DNA of 57,594 nucleotides, taken from NCBI GenBank assembly GCA_963575745.1, contig CAUYUJ010000016.1, forward strand, positions 62,001-119,594. The letters are read 5' to 3'. Both the position numbers and the translations under genes were made by a program. The notes beneath the pieces are model-generated. The model was not told the origin of the DNA. It searched no databases and saw only the letters and a program-made list of their open reading frames with translations. Of this stretch, positions 1 to 13,858 are shown one piece after another. The stretch's first letter is position 1; each line of letters opens with the position of its first letter. The DNA comes from Prorocentrum cordatum. Lineage: Eukaryota.

Positions 1-3000
1 TGGCGTCCGCGTCCCTGGAATCCTCGCGAGCGTTCATGAACGCCGCGCTGAATGCAGTGAGCTGGCGCAAATCCAGATGGGCGTGCGAAGCTCTGAGAAT
101 CTCGTCTGCGTAAGCGATGGGCAGCCAGCCGCGCAAAGGGGACCTCAGAATGTTTCGAAACCGAATGTATACCTCCGACATCGTGCCGTATGACCTCGGC
201 GATAGAAGCACTCGCCCAGACTCTCAGAAGCATTGCAGCCTGCATCAACCAGTGTCGATGGTGCAGTGCTCGGGGCCGCAGGGGCCACGCGATCAATGCC
301 AGCTATGGGTAGCACAGCGAGACGAGGGAGCAGAAGTGCTTCACGAGGTACCTGATGAGTGCGGACAAACTTAAGGATGTGTGCGCTCGCTTGCATCCGG
401 GCCTCACGCCCTGCAGCCAGCCGCCCGCGGCGCCAGCGGCGGCGCGAGCTCGGGCCACGGGCCCGCGAGCGCCGAGGGGCCACGCATCCCATAGGGCGGC
501 CCGCGCACGGGGCCAGGCAGATGGCCGCCGTCATCGGGGGGGGCGCTGCGGCGAGTGAAATCGTCGCGACTCGGCGAGCATCATCCCCAGGCCGTAGGGC
601 GGCCAGTTTGATCCAGGGTGGCCTCATACGACGAAACATTTTGCTTTGGGAGATCGATGGGCACGCTGGTCAAGCTCTGAACTTCCTCGGGAGTCCGAAG
701 GCTTCTGTGGGCCCCCCTTTACGAACCGGTGATATGACATGTTCGTGGGGCACCGGCTCCCAGGTCAGTTTCTCATGTGACGTGCCTACTGCACTTTGTT
801 CCCCACAGGGTATGGCGGTACCCTCGTCGCACTAGCGACGGTGACGGGATGTTCGACCTTACTCTGATCGATGAGACTTGAGCGTCAGGCGAATCCAGCC
901 TGCTGTTCTCGAATATTGTGATGGCTCAACATGGAGTGGACCATGTACTGCCGAAGGGTGAGCATCCCCCCATGTGCGTTGACTTCGCGGGTAAACCTTC
1001 TGAGTCCATCAAGTTCGCTGGAACCCAGTTCCTCTTCATCGATGGCTCCGCGAGCTTCTCAGCGGGGCCTGCAGGGGTAATCCAAGCAATTGGCATTACG
1101 ATCAGACAGCCCTTTCTCGGGGAACAACGCTCCTCCTCGATGTATTTTAACAAATGGACAAGGGAACGCACCGTGATCCAGCAAGTCTGGGCAGACTGCA
1201 CGGCACTTCTCTCTGGCGGCCAGCGGTCGTCCTTGGACCGGCACCCTCCCCTGGGTGAGCATTGGCGTCTCACTCGTGCCATCCCGCCCAGGTGGGACAC
1301 CAGCAAAGCTGCATCACATCGGAGCGAGAAGCAGGCAAGCAGTGAGGGCGAACATGTGCGGATGAGGGGAGTCGGTTTGCGGACTGGCAATCTGCAGCGG
1401 GCACCTCAGGAAAACGAGCTCAAGCCATCGGACGTCGACACAGTTCAGCAGGCGAGGGCCAAGATTACGTCCTTCGCTCTGGTCGCTGTCAAAAGGCTGG
1501 GCTTTTGGCCCAGCTGAGGAACTCTCCCGCAATTTTTACAAGGACGAACCTCAACATGAACATGACTTTCGGAGGTCCGTGCGGATTTCTCGGATCGGTG
1601 CTGGGCCACCTTGGAGATTTAGAAGCATTCCGAGGCCCCCCCCCGATTATACAGCGGGCTCGGCCGTTTCTGCAACCTCAGATCGCTCAACATCGATCGA
1701 GTCTGGGTCGCCAGCGGCATTCAACGCTGAACGCCGGCGGCGAGGTCGCCGCCGGTCGACACAACGCGAACCTACCGTAGGATAATTTCCAAAGGGATGT
1801 CTTCACCTGTGACGGGCTGCGGTGGCGATGCCCACGGTGCACTAGGCGGTTTTGAGATCCTTTGAAGACCCATGGCCCGACCGTCGCGCGTGGTGGGGGC
1901 CACTGGATGGTGAGGGGTTCAATGCTCGCTCCTTGTACACCGCTCGCGCCATCCTGCACCGCATCCCTGCCCTCTTTCGGGACATATGGCAAATTCGGGA
2001 AAGCCTGAACCCAAAAATGTTGTCATCTCTTTGGGGCGTATTCTCTAATTCCACCACCTTCCGCCGCCATTCCGCCAACTACCCCCAGCAGAGGCGGCCT
2101 CGCTGTACTTCCGCAGAACTTCCACCGCCTTCCGCCGAGGAAAAAATGGCGACTCCTTCGATCCGCGATGCCAAGGCTTTGTTCCAACGCCCCATAATGA
2201 GGCAGCTACCCAGCTGGCTGCGGGGCCTCTCCTCGGCAGGGCTCCCTGTTCACTGACTCGGGTGCGCCTCGAGGAAGATGCGGTGGGGAAGAGGAGGGAC
2301 GGAGGGGAGGAGGAGGGCGGGGGGGACTGGGAGGAGGAGGAGGAGGAGATGAGACGAGGAGGACGGCGGAGCAACAGGGCGATGAGGAGGAGGAGGAGGA
2401 GGGAGGGCTGGGGGCGGGAGGAGCTGAGCGCGAGAGTAGGAGGGAGGGAGGGAGGGAGGGGGTCGGATCATCAGGGCAATGGGGGAGGAAGGAGGGAGCA
2501 AATGGGGCGAGGGAGGAGGAGGAACGGATGAGGGACGAGGACGGCCCGACCCTCTCTGACGTCCTGCCTGGCCCCCGGGCGCTCCTCCGCGGAGCCCGAC
2601 TGGGGGCCCGCGCGCCTGCCCCGCCCCCCTCCCCGCCAGTCGCAGGAACTGCTGGCGCTGCATCCACTTCTCCTGCGCGGGGCGCGCGGGGGGCAGCGTG
2701 GTCGTCGTCGTGGTCGTCGTCGTCGTCGTCGTCGTCGTGGTCGTCGTCGTCGTGGTCGTCGTGGTCGTGCTGGCGGGAGGACCCTCCCTGGTCCATCCTG
2801 CCTCCAGCCTGCCTCCAGCCCTGCCTCCTCCTCGTCGTCGTCGCCCTCCCCCCCCTCCTCCTCCTCATCCTCCTCTCCCTCTTCCCCCCTCGTGCTGCTT
2901 CTCCTCGCCCTCTTCCTCCATCCTCGTCCCTCCGTCCTCGTCGACGAACTTCTTCTCGTCCTCCGCTTCCTTCCCATCCCCCTACATCCACTCTCGTCGA

Positions 3001-4019
3001 CCTCTTCTCCTCCATCCTCCTCCTCGCCCTCGCCCTCCATCCTAGCTGTTCTCGCCCTCGCCATCCTTTTCCTCCATCCTCGCCCTCCTCATCTATCCTC
3101 CTCCTCATCTATCCTCCTCCTCCTCATCTATCCTCCTCCTCCTCATCTATCCTCTTCCTCCTCATCATCCTTTCCCTCCATCCTCGCCCTCCTCATCTAT
3201 CCTCCTCCTCCTCCTTCCTGCCCTGGCCTGCCCGCCTCGCTCTCTCTCCCCATGGGGGGCACGATGAGGTCAGGCCGTCCACACACATCTGGAAATCCCG
3301 ACGACGTCCTCCTCCTCGTCCCCGCACTTGCCTACCCCCCTCGGCCTCTTCCTGCAAGGGCAGAACGGCGCCTCTCCGCCCATCCTTCGCCTCCTCCAGC
3401 TCCTCCTCCTCCTCCTCCTCTTCCTCCCCCTCCTCCTCCTCCTCTTCCTCCTTTTTCCCTCCTATCAGCTACACGCACGAGTGACGCTAAGCAGAGGTGC
3501 CCTTTGGTGCGCGGCTTCAGGGGGCCCACGGGGGCTGTGGGCGGGGGGCAAATCCGAGCGCGACGGCCATTGCCGGGGGGCCCCCTGGAACAGAGGCCAC
3601 TTTCTGGCGAACAATCACTCGGTGTGCGGGCCACAGCTCGGACCCCTGGCGCCGCTTGGGACGACTAGGGCACCCCCCGGAACGCCCTCGGCGAGGCGCA
3701 GCTGCTGGAACGCACCCCCGACGCTGGGCAACCTCCGGGAACCGACGAACACATTCGGTGGGCCGATCCTCCTCCTCCTCCTCCTCATCATCCTCCTCCT
3801 CCTTCTCCTCTTCCTCCTCCTCCTCCTCGTACTCCTCCTCCTCCTCGTACTGTTCTCCTCCTCTTGACGCCTGGGTCTGGCCGTCCCCAGGAGGGGGGGC
3901 GGGAGGGAGGGCCGGGTCTCCTTCCTGCCGTCGCTCTGCCAGCGCATCTCCCGCTCGAGGGCGTCTCCGAGGACGTCACGCGCGGGAGCGCCTCTCGACC
4001 GACTTCGGAAGCGCCGCGG

Positions 4020-4936
4020 GTGATGCTGCTGATGATGACGACGACGACGAGGATGATGCTGCTGTTGATGATGATGGTAACGGCTGTTCTTATTGTGATG
4101 ACGATGGCGCTGACGCTGACGCTGACGACGGTGATGATGATGAGGATGCTGATGATGATGACGATGATGATCACGATGATGATGATGATGATGCTGATGC
4201 TGATGCTGATGATGATGTTCATGATGATGATGATGGTGATGATGACGATGATGCTGCTGCTGATGATGCTGATGCTGATTGTTATCTTGATTATGATTAT
4301 GGTCATGTTAGAAGTGGCAATGATGGCTATCATGCCGATGGTGATGACGGCACTGCAGATGATGGTGATGCCGATGATGAGGATGATGATGATGCTGATC
4401 ATGAGGATGTTGATGCGTATGATGATGCTGATGATGCATGTATCTGGTGATTACGATGATGATGGCGATAATGAGGGCTGTGACGATGACGATTGCGATG
4501 ATGATGAACATGATGATGATGACGATGACGCGGATGATGCTGATTATGATGATGATGCTGATGATGATGGTGATGATTAGGATGATGATGATGATGATGA
4601 TGATGCTGATGATGATGATGATGATGATGATGGTGATGATGGTGATGATGGTGGTGACGATTGTTCTTACTATCGTGATGCTGATGATGTCGATGATGGT
4701 GATGTTGATGATGACGATGACGCTGACGATGCCTATGATGATGACGACGACGATGATGATGATGATGATGATGATGATGGTGATGTTGATGCTGATCATG
4801 ATAGTGGCGGTGATGATTGTCATGATAACGATGCTGATGGCATTGCTGAATATGACTACGATGGTGGTGATGATGATGCTGATGCTGCTGATGGTGACGG
4901 TGATGGTGACTAGGATTATGATGATGATGATGATGC

Positions 4937-4982
<46 letters not shown>

Positions 4983-5210
4983 AATGACGATGGTGATGGT
5001 GATTCTGATAATAATGGCGATTCTGAGGGTGGTGACGATGACGGTGACGATGGACATGATGATGACACTGGTGCTGATGCTGATGCAGATGCTGATGATG
5101 ATGATGAGATGCTGATGATGCTGCTGATGATGATGCTGATGCTGATGATGATGCTGATGATGATGATGCCGATACTGATGCTGATAAGGATGATGCTGCC
5201 GCGGATGCTT
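4020..5210. repeat. Degenerate (GAT)n trinucleotide tract, ~1.2 kb
   Basis: GAT/GAC/GCT/GGT triplets; source of the spurious poly-D/M/H ORFs. Confidence 0.9.
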
Positions 5211-7440
5211 CATCCGCACAGCGTGGTGCAATTTGAAACGATATCCTGCGCCCTCTTCTGTCACTCGCTACGGTGACGTGACCTGGCCGGCGGAGCGACT
5301 GAACACATGTGTGCATGTATTGTTGTGTTGTGTATGTGTGCTTGAGCGCTCTTTGGCCGTCCGAGGGCCTCTGGAGGAGGCCGTCAAGGATCCAACGAAG
5401 GCCCCCTGCGGACTGCCAGAAGAGGGCGGCATTCTCGTCGTCGTCGCCATCGTGCAATCATTCTGCTACCAGAAGGGTACGCGAAAGGAACAACGACGGC
5501 GCTTTCTGGCCCCCCGAGGGCGCCTGGGTGCACGAAGAGCGCCACGAGGAACAACCATGGAAGGACCTCAGGAATAGCGAGTCCCTTCCGAATCCGAACT
5601 GGTCCTCATTTCAGCGTCTTGACTGTAGTCGTCGTCGTCGTCCTCCTCCTCCTCATCCTCCTTCGGTGGCTTTGGGCGGTCTGGGCAGCGGCGTGGACGT
5701 GGGTAGCGGCACCGTCGTCGTAGCAGTGGTCGTCGTCGCCGCATTCATCGTCGTCGTCGTCGTCGATCTAGGCTCGGAGATCGATGAATTGGACGTTCTC
5801 TGGACTTGTTGGCTCTCCAGAGGCCTCTCCGCTACATCCGAGGAGGTCTGTGGAGGTCGTCGATGTCGCCGTCGTCCTCCGATCTCCCCTTCTTCCCTAC
5901 TCCGACGTCTTCCTCCCCCCTCTCTTCTTCATCCTCGTCGTTCTGCTCCTCGCCGTCCTCCTTCTCCTCCTCCTCCTCCTCCTCCTTCCCATCCTGCTCT
6001 TTACCCTCTCTCCTTTTTCTCCTCCCTCCTTCTTTTCCTCCTCCTCTTCCTCCGCGAGAGGGGGGAGGAGGACGAGGACGAGGAGGGGTGATGGAGGAGG
6101 ATGCGGGAGGATGGAGGGGGGGTGGACGAGCGGGGGATGGAAGAGGGGAAGAGACGGAGGAGGGGAGAGGAGAGACAGGCGAGACACGCTAGCTGAACTC
6201 GCACCACTTCTGATATCCTGCCCCTTCCGCTCATCCCGATGGCCGATGAGGGTATCCTGGATGACCTTGATGTCCAAATGGAAGTTGCAAGGCTTGACCC
6301 ACAGTTTGCGGCGCAATCGGAAAGGGGGTTGTACATTGGAGGAGAAGGGGGAGAACGACCAGGGGAAGGATGCAGAAGATGATGCTGAGGAGGAGGAGGA
6401 CGAGCAGGAGGACTATGATTATCAAGGGAAGGCGGAGGAGGAGACAGGAGCGGGGCGGCACCGGTGAGGAGAAACTTGGCTTCAGAGAATGTGGCCCGCG
6501 CTGGAGAGGCAGCGTTCCTCCTCCTCCTCCTCCTCCCTCTCCTCCTCCTCCTCCTCCTCCGCCTCCTCCTCCTCCTTCAGATATTCAGCGAGGGAGCGCA
6601 ATCCAGCACGACGGGAGCAACGCACATGTCCCGAGATGTGCGGCCGCGCGGGTGAAGAAGCCACGGCCGTCGGACGTCTGGACGGCACCCCTCCAGAGGT
6701 CCCTGGAGGTCCCCAGAGGCCTTCCGAAACACGAGAGACGAAAACACGGCACACGCACAAATCCGTGCACGAACATACAATCGGACCTGGGCCAGAAGAA
6801 CACCCTCCAAAAACATGAGAACCTCCGCCGGCCAAAACACACAGAGCATTTGAGGGTACCCTCCCCAGGGTGCACGAGAACATCCAACAGCCACGAGGAA
6901 CATCAGGGTACCCTCCCCGAACAGACCTCGATCTTATACCTCGGTCCGACTGTACAAACGTAATGGGTGCTCGAACCTCGACGATCAGAAGTGACATGCC
7001 CCACCTCGGACGTTGCGCGATTTGTTTGCGACGTGGGCCTTCGACACCTTCCCTGGGGCCGCCCGACATCCTGGACTGCTGCCGTTTGACGGCCTCGAGG
7101 ATGGGAAAACGGCCTCGAGAAACGACAAAGGCACGCCCTGGTCTGAGGACGCATGGGCGGAAGCATGCGCCAGACATGGTATGTCTTGATGTTTCTTTGC
7201 GGCGTTCCCGCACACCCCAACCCTTTTTTCGTCCTGGATCGCCTCTTGACGGTCTAGAGGCCCAGCGAGGGCTCCCGAAAACGGCGAAGCACCTCCACAT
7301 CTGCGCTGAGACGTTGGCTGTCTGGAGCCCCAGAAGTCCTGCACCCACCCTGGGGCGGCTCTCGGAGCGAGCGGGGCGCGCATGCCACTGGCGCGCCGCG
7401 GCCGTAGCGCGCCGTCGCCGTCGCCGTCGCCGGTGCCATA

Positions 7441-7504
<64 letters not shown>

Positions 7505-7572
7505 CCGTCATCGACGTCGTCCGGCAGCGCCGCTGCCACCGCCGGCGCCGCGCCGGCGGCTGCTCTCCGCAG

Positions 7573-7799
7573 TTGAGCAGGGACCGACCGTACTGGCATT
7601 CCTATAGTCCTACCACGACATGCTCGTAGAACCCAAAAGTGTTCTGAGAACAAAAACAGTGTTCTTAGAACATAAGCCCGATGTGCTAAAACAAGACAGA
7701 CTCACATGTTCTAAGAACTTTTCGTGGAGACCGCAAGAGGTTCTCATAACATTGTCTGGTGGGGCTTTAGGCGAACCAAGACGCTTGGCCACTGCTCGA
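7573..7799 (+). mobile_element. MITE family B copy (~230 bp, 5-bp TSD)
   Basis: ttgagcag...ctgctcga, flanks cgcag/cgcag; homologous to 11839-12071 and 54880-55112. Confidence 0.8.
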
Positions 7800-8057
7800 C
7801 GCAGGTCGGCCGGGGGGGCCGGCGGGCCGTCGGAGCCGTCGTCCCTGCGGTGCCGGTCGAAGTCCTTCTGCAGGCCCTGGGGCGACGGGGCGCCCGGGGA
7901 AGCAGCTCGCGCCCGCGGCGCCAGAGGGGGGCCGAGAGAAGACCCCACGGGCGGCCCGCGCGGGCCCCCGAGAGGCGCCCAGAGGGCCCACGACGGCTGG
8001 GGGGACACATGTGTGTGTGTGTGTATATATATAGATATATATATGTAGATGTGTGTA

Positions 8058-8090
<33 letters not shown>

Positions 8091-8126
8091 ATATATATAT
8101 AGATATAGAGATATATATATATATAT

Positions 8127-8158
<32 letters not shown>

Positions 8159-8522
8159 TCCAACAACTTGGTAAGACTTTGGCCCCCGAGTCTGGCTACA
8201 GATGGGAGACGAGAAGACCCCACAGGCGGCCCGCGCAGGCCCCCGAGAGGCGCCCAGAGGGCCCACGACGGCTGGGGGGGCATATCCACCGGCCTCCTCG
8301 TGGGGCCACCAGGCTGTAGGGCGAAGGTTCGCAGTTTCCTGTGCCGGCTGCAGCTTCCAGCTTCCACTGTTACAGTTGTGCTTCTTGCTGCTTCCTGTTG
8401 CAGTTCTGCTTCTTGCTGCTTACTGTTCCTTGTTGATGGACCGCGCGAGGGGGGGAGGCCCACAACGGGGATTTTTGCCATGCCCTGAACGTGTGCTCTG
8501 AATTGCTGGGGTGGGTAAAAAT

Positions 8523-9872
8523 TGACACCCCTCACGCAGATCGGCGGGGTAAGGGTCCAAAAACACAAGAGATTTGCAACGTTTCTGAAATTTGCTAGCA
8601 CATCTCACGCAGATCGGCGGGGTCAGGGTCCAAAAACATATGGATTTGTTACATTTCTAAAATTTGCTGGCACCTCTCACGCAGATCGGCGGGGTCAGGG
8701 TCCAAAAACATATGGGATTTGCCACATTTCTGAAATTCGGTGGCACCTCTCACGCAGATCGGCGGGATCAGGGTGCAAAAACATATGGGATTTGCCACAT
8801 TTCTGATGTTCGGTGGCACCCCTCATGCAGCTCGGCGGGGTCAGGGTACAAAAACAAATGGGATTTGTAAGATTTTTGACATTCGGTGGCACCCCTCACG
8901 CAGGTCGGCGGGGTCAGGGTCCAAAAACAAATGGGATGTGTTGCATTTCTGATGTTCGGTGGCACCTCGCATGCAGATCGGCGGGGTCAGGGTCCAAAAA
9001 CAAATGGGATTTGCCACAATTCTGAAATTCGGTGGCACCTCTCACGCAGATGGGCGGGGTCAGGGTGCAAAAACACATGGGATTTGCTACATTTCTGACA
9101 TTCGGTGGCACCCCTCATGCAGATCGGCAGGGTCCAAAACACATGGGATTTGCAACATTTCTGACATTCAGTTGCATCTCTCATGCAGATCGGCTGGGTC
9201 AGGGTCCAAAAACACATGGGATTTGCCACATTTCAAACATTTGCTGGCACCCCTTACGCAGATCGGCGGGGTCAAGGTCCAACAACATATGGGTATTGCC
9301 ATTATCTGAAATTCGGTGGCACCTCTCACGCAGATCGGCGGGATCAGGGTGCAAAAACACATGGGATTTGCCTCATTTCTGAAATTTGCTGGCACCCCTC
9401 ACGCAGATCGGCAGGGTCAGGATCCAAAAACACATGGGATTTGCCACATTTCGGACATTCGGTGGCACCCCTCACGCAGATCGGCGGGGTCAGGGTCCAA
9501 CAACACATGGGACTTGTCACAATTCTGAAATTCGGTTGCACCTCTCATGCAGATCGGCGGGGTCAGGGTGCCAAAACACATGGTGGGATTTGTTTCATTT
9601 CTGACATTCGGTGGCACCCCTCACGCAGATCGGCAGGGTCAGGGTCCAAAAACACAAGGGATTTGCCACATTTCTGACATTCGGTGGCACCCCTCACGCA
9701 GATCGGCGGGGCCAGCGCCCAAAAACATATGGGATTTGCCACATTTCTGTAATTTGCTGGCACCCCTCACGCAGTTCCGTAGGGTCAGGGTCCAAAAACA
9801 TAAAGGATTGGATTTGCCACACTTCTGAAATTCGGTGGCACCCGTGACGCAGATCCGTAGGGTCAGGGTCGA
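8523..9872. repeat. Tandem array, ~19 copies of a 73-bp unit
   Basis: Consensus ggcacccctcacgcagatcggcggggtcagggtccaaaaacacatgggatttgccacatttctgacattcggt; period 73 with a few indel variants; no unique spacers. Confidence 0.95.
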
Positions 9873-10097
9873 ACAACAAACAGGTCCCGACACTGCTTCA
9901 CGGCGGCGCCCAGACCTTATGATTTAGCTGTTGCATCTCCCATTATCCGAGACAAGGGGCCAGCGGCATGGGGCGAAGCCCTCACGGTACACACACATAC
10001 ATACATATATATATATATATATGTATATAATCCAACAACTTGGTAAGACTTTGGCCCCCCGAGTCTGGTTACATATGGGAGAAGAGGAAAAGCCCGT

Positions 10098-10255
10098 CAA
10101 CATACACTTTTGGCGCTCCGCGAGGATTTCTTGGATCTGCGTTGGACCCCCCTCCTTGGCGCGCGGAGCGCGCCAGGGGCGGCGCTGGAGGCGTCGCCGG
10201 GGGGGCCCAGCGCGGATCCAAGAGATCCGCGCGGAGCGCCAAAAGTTTATGTTTA
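10098..10255. repeat. Fold-back element with ~55-bp imperfect inverted arms
   Basis: aacatacacttttggcgctccgcgaggatttcttggatc ... gatccaagagatccgcgcggagcgccaaaagtttatgtt; related fragment near 15520-15580. Confidence 0.8.
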
Positions 10256-11838
10256 CGGTTTTTCTTATGCGATACATAGGAGCTTCCAGGAGTCGGCGGC
10301 GAGCCCGGAGGGGAAGCGAGAATGGGCCAGGGACTCTCACACGGCTCGGAAGTTCCCTGGCCCTCTGAGAGAAGTTTTGTAAGCCTCCTTCCGAGAGGGC
10401 CTTCTCCTTCTCGTTTCCTCGCCCTCGCTCGCGGCCGAGAGTGGGGGCCGATTTTCTTCCCCCACTCCACCACTCCTCAGAAGGCTCGGAAGTCCCCCGG
10501 CCTTCTTTTGAGAAGCTTCCTGAGCCTCGCCCGAGGAGACAGAAACCTTCCCAGAAGGCGCGAGGGCCTCTGAGAAGCCCCGCCGCCTTCTGAGAAGGCC
10601 TTCTCCCCGTCAATCCCTCCCCTCGCTGGTTCGCCGCAGGCGTCGCTAGATAGCGCGTTCCGCTACTCGCAGAGTAACTGCTCGCAAATGGCCTGGACCC
10701 GCCATGGGAGATTTACGATACACTACATCGATGCAGACATGTATTTTCCCCAATGAATGCTTGCACTGACGGGGTCCTGGCCAAGTGAAAGATTTGGCGG
10801 GAATTTCCCGCCGATTTTGGTAGCAAACTGGGGTCCCGGGTTCCCGGTTCTGGGTTCCCGCGAATTGGTTCCAGGCCGATTTCGGTGGGTTCTGGGCTCC
10901 CGGGCTCCCGGGTTCCGGTCGACCTCCTCAGCGAAAACCATCCACTGATTGGGGCTTTTCTCTGGTGTTTTTTTTTGCTTTGCTCTGACGTTTGCGAGTG
11001 GGCACTGTGCGAGTGCTGCCACGCGCGCGGTTCGTCCCCGAGAGGGCGCAGGCGTTGCTCGCCACCGGCGCCCCCCAGGCGGCCCTCTCTGTGGGCCGCC
11101 GCTGGCCGCCGCAGCAGCGGCTCGGGCCGAGGAGGCCGCCGTGTGGGGGGAGGGGGGCGGCCAGGAGCTCCAGGCCGCGCCGCGTTCTCGCTCTCCGAGG
11201 GTCCTCCGTGGGGGGGGAGGGTCCTCAATTGCGATGGCGATGCTCTGTGCTGATTGGGGACGGCCTCGACCGTGGCCACGGAGGTCGAGAGACCGTCTGT
11301 CGTAGTTCGGGGATTCCACGATCACGATCGTGGGGCCTCGGCCATCCTGGACTCACGGGTTTTGTCATGTGACCATTCGCCGAACCTTCGGGCACTTTTG
11401 CAGCGACTCTTGCACCTTGCCATGCCGCTGTGTGCAACTAGGGCAGGACGCCCACGGCCCTGCCACTTATCACGGTGAGGGTATTGGAGAAGGAGTCATT
11501 TGAAAAGGAATCCGGGGCCTGAAAGCTGACGGAACACCCATTGAGGCTTGGCCATGGATAGTGATAGTTTTTTTACTCATTGTTTTGCCAACCGGCGCGG
11601 GCCCTCGCAACCCCCCCCGGAGTGGATCTTGGCTGTTTTTTGGCGCCTGCTTCGAGCAGGTGGAGCCTCCCTCATAATGGACGCCCTGTTGCAAACAGTC
11701 GCACCAAGCAGAGGTCCGGAGCCAGACCCCCCCCCCCTTCCGCCTAATGTCGAAACGCCGAATAAAAAAACGCTCACATACCAGCACCGCCCGCATCAGA
11801 TAAGGAATACTCCAAGGTCTGAGGCCTCCTGGGCACAT

Positions 11839-12071
11839 TTGAGCAGGGACCGACCGTCCCAGCATTCCCATAGGCCTACCACGACATGCTCTTAGAACCC
11901 CAAACAGTTCTAAGAACAAAAACAATGTTCTTGGATTATAAACCCAATGTGTCAAAACAAGGCAGCCCCAGCCAGAAATGTTCTCAAAACATCTCGCGCG
12001 AACCACAAAAGGTTCTTCGAACATTCTCTGGTGGGCCTATAGGCGAGCCGGGACACTTCGCCACTGCTTGA
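11839..12071 (+). mobile_element. MITE family B copy
   Basis: ttgagcag...ctgcttga, flanks cacat/cgcat. Confidence 0.8.
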
Positions 12072-12198
12072 CGCATTCCTTGGCCAACGGCCCCCCCCCC
12101 CCCACCGCAGGTGGGGCGAGCAGTGGGCTCTGCCCTGGCTGGCGATCCACAGTGGTCCTGGGTGAACAGCCAGTGCCAGCTAGTAGCTAGCCAGTGTT

Positions 12199-12357
12199 GG
12201 GTCGGGCCTGTCCCTCTACAGGGGGACTATTCAAAAAACAATCAAAGAATCGTCTGGGGACGATTTTTTGACAATTTTTGCATATTCTGGTTGGTATTAG
12301 TGGGATATGTTTTATGTTTCGTCCCTAATCCGCCAGTAGGGGGACGTGCCCGACCTA
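12199..12357 (-). mobile_element. MITE family A copy (reverse orientation)
   Basis: gtcgggcctgtccctctacagg ... cagtagggggacgtgcccgaccta; AT-rich interior shared with the other copies. Confidence 0.75.
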
Positions 12358-13858
12358 AAGCTAGCGCAACCCCTCAATCGGTACAGATGCCACTATATTG
12401 TGCTCCTGGTGAGCATCGCCGTGAGTGCAAAACACAACTTATTTACGCACGCGTCCGTGGCACCAAGAGGGTCGTCGACCCATCGAGTTTATGCGTCTGC
12501 GTCCCTGGTAGGTCTGGCACGCGAAATCGCTTGGGGATTCTAGCTTGGGGTGATGTGGTTTGGCATCCTGCTTGCTTAGTGTTCTATTTCGCTTCTTCAA
12601 CAAGTGCGCTACGCTTTGTAACGCATCAAGTACTGCGCTGGCATCTCGATTCAGATTTCCTGTACGTTTCCGCGTCGCCGAACGCAAGCGTGCGAAATGG
12701 CACGAGGGAGCCGATGGCCGTCGTTCCAAATCTCGAGCGCTGTTGACGGCAACGCGAACATGTTTGGTGGAGGTACCGCTGCCAGCTACGGCATCGCTGA
12801 AGACCCCCCCAATGGCTTGCCAATGGCAGGTGCCGGACTCGTGCGCTGGTGTGTCCGCCACCGTGCCGCTGGGCACGGGATGGGCGTGTCCTCAGGTCCT
12901 GGGCCCAATCCTCTAAGACTCAATCCTCACTCCTGAGGAGTCTCGTAGGGGCCCGGAGCCCAAATTCTCAAATCTCTCGGGCCTTCACGCGCTCGGAGGT
13001 CCCCAGCCACGACGGCCCCTCGGGTCGCAAGCCCATCGGTGCAACACCCTGAGGCCCTGGTCGTCCGGCCTTTTGCCCCAGGCCCACCCGCTGGCGGCTT
13101 GCCCCGCGGCAGTTCCTCGCTGTCCTCTCCTCGACGGCAAATGCTGCACGCACTTCTCCCCGCCCTCGCTCGGACGTCCGCTTCCCGTGCACCTTTCTCG
13201 ACCTCGTGCGTGTTTATTTCTCGCGGCATGTTCCAGGATGCGCCTCGATGGTCCCCGCCGAGCAAAAGTGCACCCGTCCGAGCGGTGCCGAGCTCCTGGC
13301 TGTACGCCAGCATAGCCGAGGCCGCCTCTGCGCGCGCCCGCCCTCCACCGCTTCTCGGTGGAGGTCGGGCCTCTTTCTCACCCCCGTCTCCCGGCCATCT
13401 CTCCTCCTCCTCTTTCTCCTCTTGTATGGGCAAAGCTATACCATACCGCGCCTCCTCCTCCTCCTCCTCCTCCTCCTCCTCCTTCCCCCTCCGCCTCCTC
13501 TCCCTCCTCCCTCTTCTCCGCGGCAGGAGGAGGAGGAGGAGGAGGAGGAGGAGGAGGAGAGGAGAGGAGGAGGAGGAGGAGGAGGAGGAGGAGGAGGAGG
13601 AGGAGGAGGAGGAGGAGGAGGAGGAGGAGGAGGAGGAGGAGGAGGAGGAGGAGGTGCGCGTCTCTACTCTCTACCCCGCGACGGCCCAGGAGGCTCCTCG
13701 ATCGGGCGCGGCCTGGCCGACACCCCGCAGACCCTCCCCTTCCCTTTGGCGTCATTCTTCGCCCTTCGGGCTGCCCTCCTGCCGCATGCGCGCGTCTCGG
13801 GGCGAGCCCATGGGGGCGTCACGGCAGGGGACGTTTTGCTCTAGGGGGTCGGTTAGGC

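Noticed and set aside
1..1500. LTR retrotransposon gag/protease relic on the minus strand
   Set aside because: Only a TIDTG-like motif among stops and frameshifts; too weak to call without a search.
2206..3870. Long Pro/Ser/Leu/Arg/Glu-rich ORFs here and at other GAG/CCT tracts
   Set aside because: Stop-free microsatellites give ORFs in most frames; no domain signal.
8523..9872. CRISPR array
   Set aside because: Units are homologous along their whole length, with no unique spacers and no cas genes; the context is eukaryotic.
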